A stretch of 64,000 nucleotides of DNA, from positions 558,001-622,000 of the forward strand of contig RSEE01000032.1 in the NCBI GenBank assembly GCA_003971905.1, written 5' to 3'. The position numbers and the translations under genes were made by a program. Shown here one piece after another: positions 61,200-64,000 of the stretch. Below the pieces are notes generated by a model, which saw nothing but the letters and a program-made list of their open reading frames with translations, was not told where the DNA came from and did not search any database. The stretch's first letter is position 1, and each line of letters starts with the position of its first letter. This DNA is from Moniliella sp. 'wahieum'. Its lineage: Eukaryota.

Positions 61200-64000
61200 A
61201 TTGCTACCGCTGATATCAAGTTATTGAAGTCCCTGAGTAGTACTAGCTTTGTAGCCAACCCTTCTCCTCACCTTTTCGTAAGGCCCTACTGACGCTGGTT
61301 ATAATTGCGTTCTCCGCGTATAAGCCGTTGAGGGGGCAACGAAGTGGTGATAAGACAGTCGTTGGCCTCGTTGACCCTACACGCAACAGTGGGAAGCCTC
61401 ATCCTCACTCATCCGAACGATGACTACATCAAGTGATGGTTTCCTTAGTGCCCATGGGGTTTCATCTCCCCAATCCGTCAAGACACCATATACACCGCCG
61501 AAAGTGTCTCATCGGGGCGGTAAACATATCGTCCAGCTCTTCGCCCCCAACTGCAGGAGCAAAGCAGGTGGCGAAGCTCAGTGGTCTGAGTACAGTACCG
61601 CTATAGAAAGAGGGGGCCTCAAGGGTAATGCCATCGAACTTGGGCATTACTGCATCACAGCTCCTCCCCCCTTTTTTATAAGAATTCTGAAGCCATCTTC
61701 GGCGCGATGGTCTTCTTCATCTCCCAAAACACACATATAGGTATCCACAGGACCAACTCGAGTTCCCCCTCTCATATCCGGCTCCGTTCCCGTTCAACAC
61801 ATTTAGACAGGTTGAGGGCGAGACCCGACGGATCTTCATCCAAACTCTCCGACTCACGGGCGTGGTGGTACCTGCTCTCTTCCGAAAGTTGTGATGTCGT
61901 CCCACAAAGTGCTCCGTCACAACGTGTTCCGGCCCCAGCTCGGTCTACACCTCCTGGGTTGGCCGATCTGCAATGAAACAAGAATAGGGCGAGAGTGCGA
62001 GAAGCGCCAACCGTCCGCTTTATATAACCCCCCCCTCCCCATTCTCCCTCTAATGCGTTGCTTCCCCATTTGGCCTTACTTGTAAAAAATGCATGTAGTT
62101 TTTGTGGTTTCCTTCCACGAACCATCTGGGCATCTCCACCTTCATCTGCGCCAATCCATTGGCGACTCCACAGTGGTCAATACATACGCTGTACACTCAA
62201 CTCCTTGCCCCCTCTTACTCGCCTCCCATTACCCTAATATCTATCTCTCTTCTCAGCTTCCCTAACTCGGCTCTCATCAGTGCTTATCAGCCGCTCAGTG
62301 TTCGGATTTCCGTATCCAAAATCCGTAGAGCTCTCAACCCTCCCGCTTGCCGTCTGAGCTCCAATCCCACAGGTTCACACTCCACCGTCCACAGAAGTTC
62401 GCGTTGTCCCAACGTCATTGAACGCCTACTGTCATAGAGAGGTGAAGACTCAGCCTGAGTACTCTTCAGTACACTCTCAGTACTCATCGACATCACTCAT
62501 CAGTACTCAGTGCTCATGCAGCTGATTCGACACTCGACGGTCATCGCAACTAGAGCTAATATTGACCCCAAACGCGTCGGTCGATGTTCGGCGTGTGGTC
62601 CTCTTAGAAACATGAAGCCCCCGCGCCAATAATTAATAATGCTAGCTATAACATGGCGCTAACAGGAGTCCCATAGGCTCTTGATTGTAACTCAATATAT
62701 TTGCTACACCATACCCTTTAATTTCCCAGTCCCAGGGGTGGCAAAAAGCCAGGTGAATCAGGACTCAGTGTACTCAGTCCAAAGGGTATTGGGGTCAGCC
62801 AGTAGGGAAGGGATCATCGATCAGGCGTCAGGCACATCATCCGTTTGCGTCTGCACCGCCACACCGGCCCAACACGCCCACAAAAGCAGACGCGGAACAC
62901 ATGACGCGTGATCGATGGTCGATGATCGTCTCCCATTTACTGACGCTTGCTCCAGCCTACATGACCGGTGACCGCGTGTAGGGGTGACCGGTGACCAGTG
63001 AGAAAAAAGCAGTGTGGCCTACAAACATTCAAAAGCCGACACTATATATCGTGTTAGATACATCTTAGGTTGGGCCAGGCGAGGCAAAACTGGCAATGCT
63101 TCGAGCTGCATGCCATACTCAAGGACGACGATCCACTTCTCTGACTTTTCTGTGGGGCTCTTAAGCTTTAAGCTTATTGAGTTTGACCGGTGACCGTCGT
63201 CGATCTTCCGTGGGTCAGCGCAGGCATATACTACAGGTCTGTGGGCACAAGAGCCTATACCACGCGCTAGAGCGTTATATCCGTCTAGCTTCAATAAAAG
63301 CTTTTTCAACGAAGATTAGCATCAAACAGCTTTTCTGGCGGATATGATTGATCTGACGCGCGACGCGCGTGAAGACGCCTCCCGTAGAAGACCAGAGAGC
63401 AGCCAGTTGATGGTATATTGCATTGCATATTTTGTGAGCTACACAGGCTAGAGAATATTCCCGCCCTCCAGGACGGAATATTGCAAGGAATGAACCCCAC
63501 GGTTCCAGGCTTGGGTACCGGCGCCACTAGACCAGCGTGATGTCACACGTACCTTTTGTACAGCGTGCACCAAGCCCTCTCATACGCCAACATCCATTGG
63601 ATTCCCGTGTGGTTTCGTTCGAATCATCGATCATCCTCTGTACATTCTCCTGGATTGGGCCGACGAAAACCGAACCCCTCCCCGTCTCATTTCCGGTCCG
63701 AGGGTTCCAGCGGCCGTACCTAAGGCCTAACCTCCCCCAGACCTAAAGAGCCTTTAAAATCGATTAAAGACCTGATCGAAGGCCTAACCCTTCCACCCCA
63801 CACCAGCCCCCTTTTCTTGTCTCCCCTATAGTAAAAAAAGCCTTAGGCCTAGCCCCCCCGCCCCCTGTGGGCAGTACTTGAGTACTCAGTACTCACTCAG
63901 TACTCAGCTGAGCCGCATGCGTCCACATCCTGTCAGGATGAGTTTTTGTCTCGCATTTCTAAGCCGGGTCTCAGTTCCTCAGCGCCTCTCAGTGGTGCAA

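Noticed and set aside
1..64000. tRNA, rRNA, snoRNA or telomeric arrays
   Set aside because: No cloverleaf/T-loop context, rRNA signature or telomeric array spotted by eye. Not excluded without tRNAscan-SE/Infernal.

Overview
Eukaryotic, GC-rich, intron-poor fungal DNA, most consistent with a basidiomycete of smut type (Ustilaginomycotina; inferred from gene content, few short GT..AG introns with CTRAC branch sites, and compact spacing). It is not prokaryotic, so most of the six-frame ORF track is noise. About 18 conserved genes are recognisable: a Ysc84/SYLF protein, a DUF3253-like protein, MET22, EXO70, cyclophilin PPIL3, ILV1, a Zn2Cys6 transcription factor, KIN1, SFP1, catalase, TIM10 (missed by the ORF track), an RCC1-like protein, FBA1, SSL1, SKT5/CHS4, a COA3-like protein, PRI1, UBR1 and TRS33. 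Nearly every gene carries 1-bp frame breaks, most likely from an unpolished long-read assembly, so CDS limits are approximate. Two gene-poor, lower-GC tracts lie at ~28-34 kb and ~59.3-64 kb. I found no convincing multi-gene novel pathway. The most unusual signals are: (1) intergenic period-7 arrays built from many different A-NNNN-T palindromic hexamers; (2) a DUF3253-like domain split by ~480 low-complexity residues; (3) a diverged ~250-bp dispersed repeat present twice; (4) tandem Cbf1-type sites plus a CRE in the MET22/EXO70 bidirectional promoter. All identifications are by motif recognition from memory; no searches were run.
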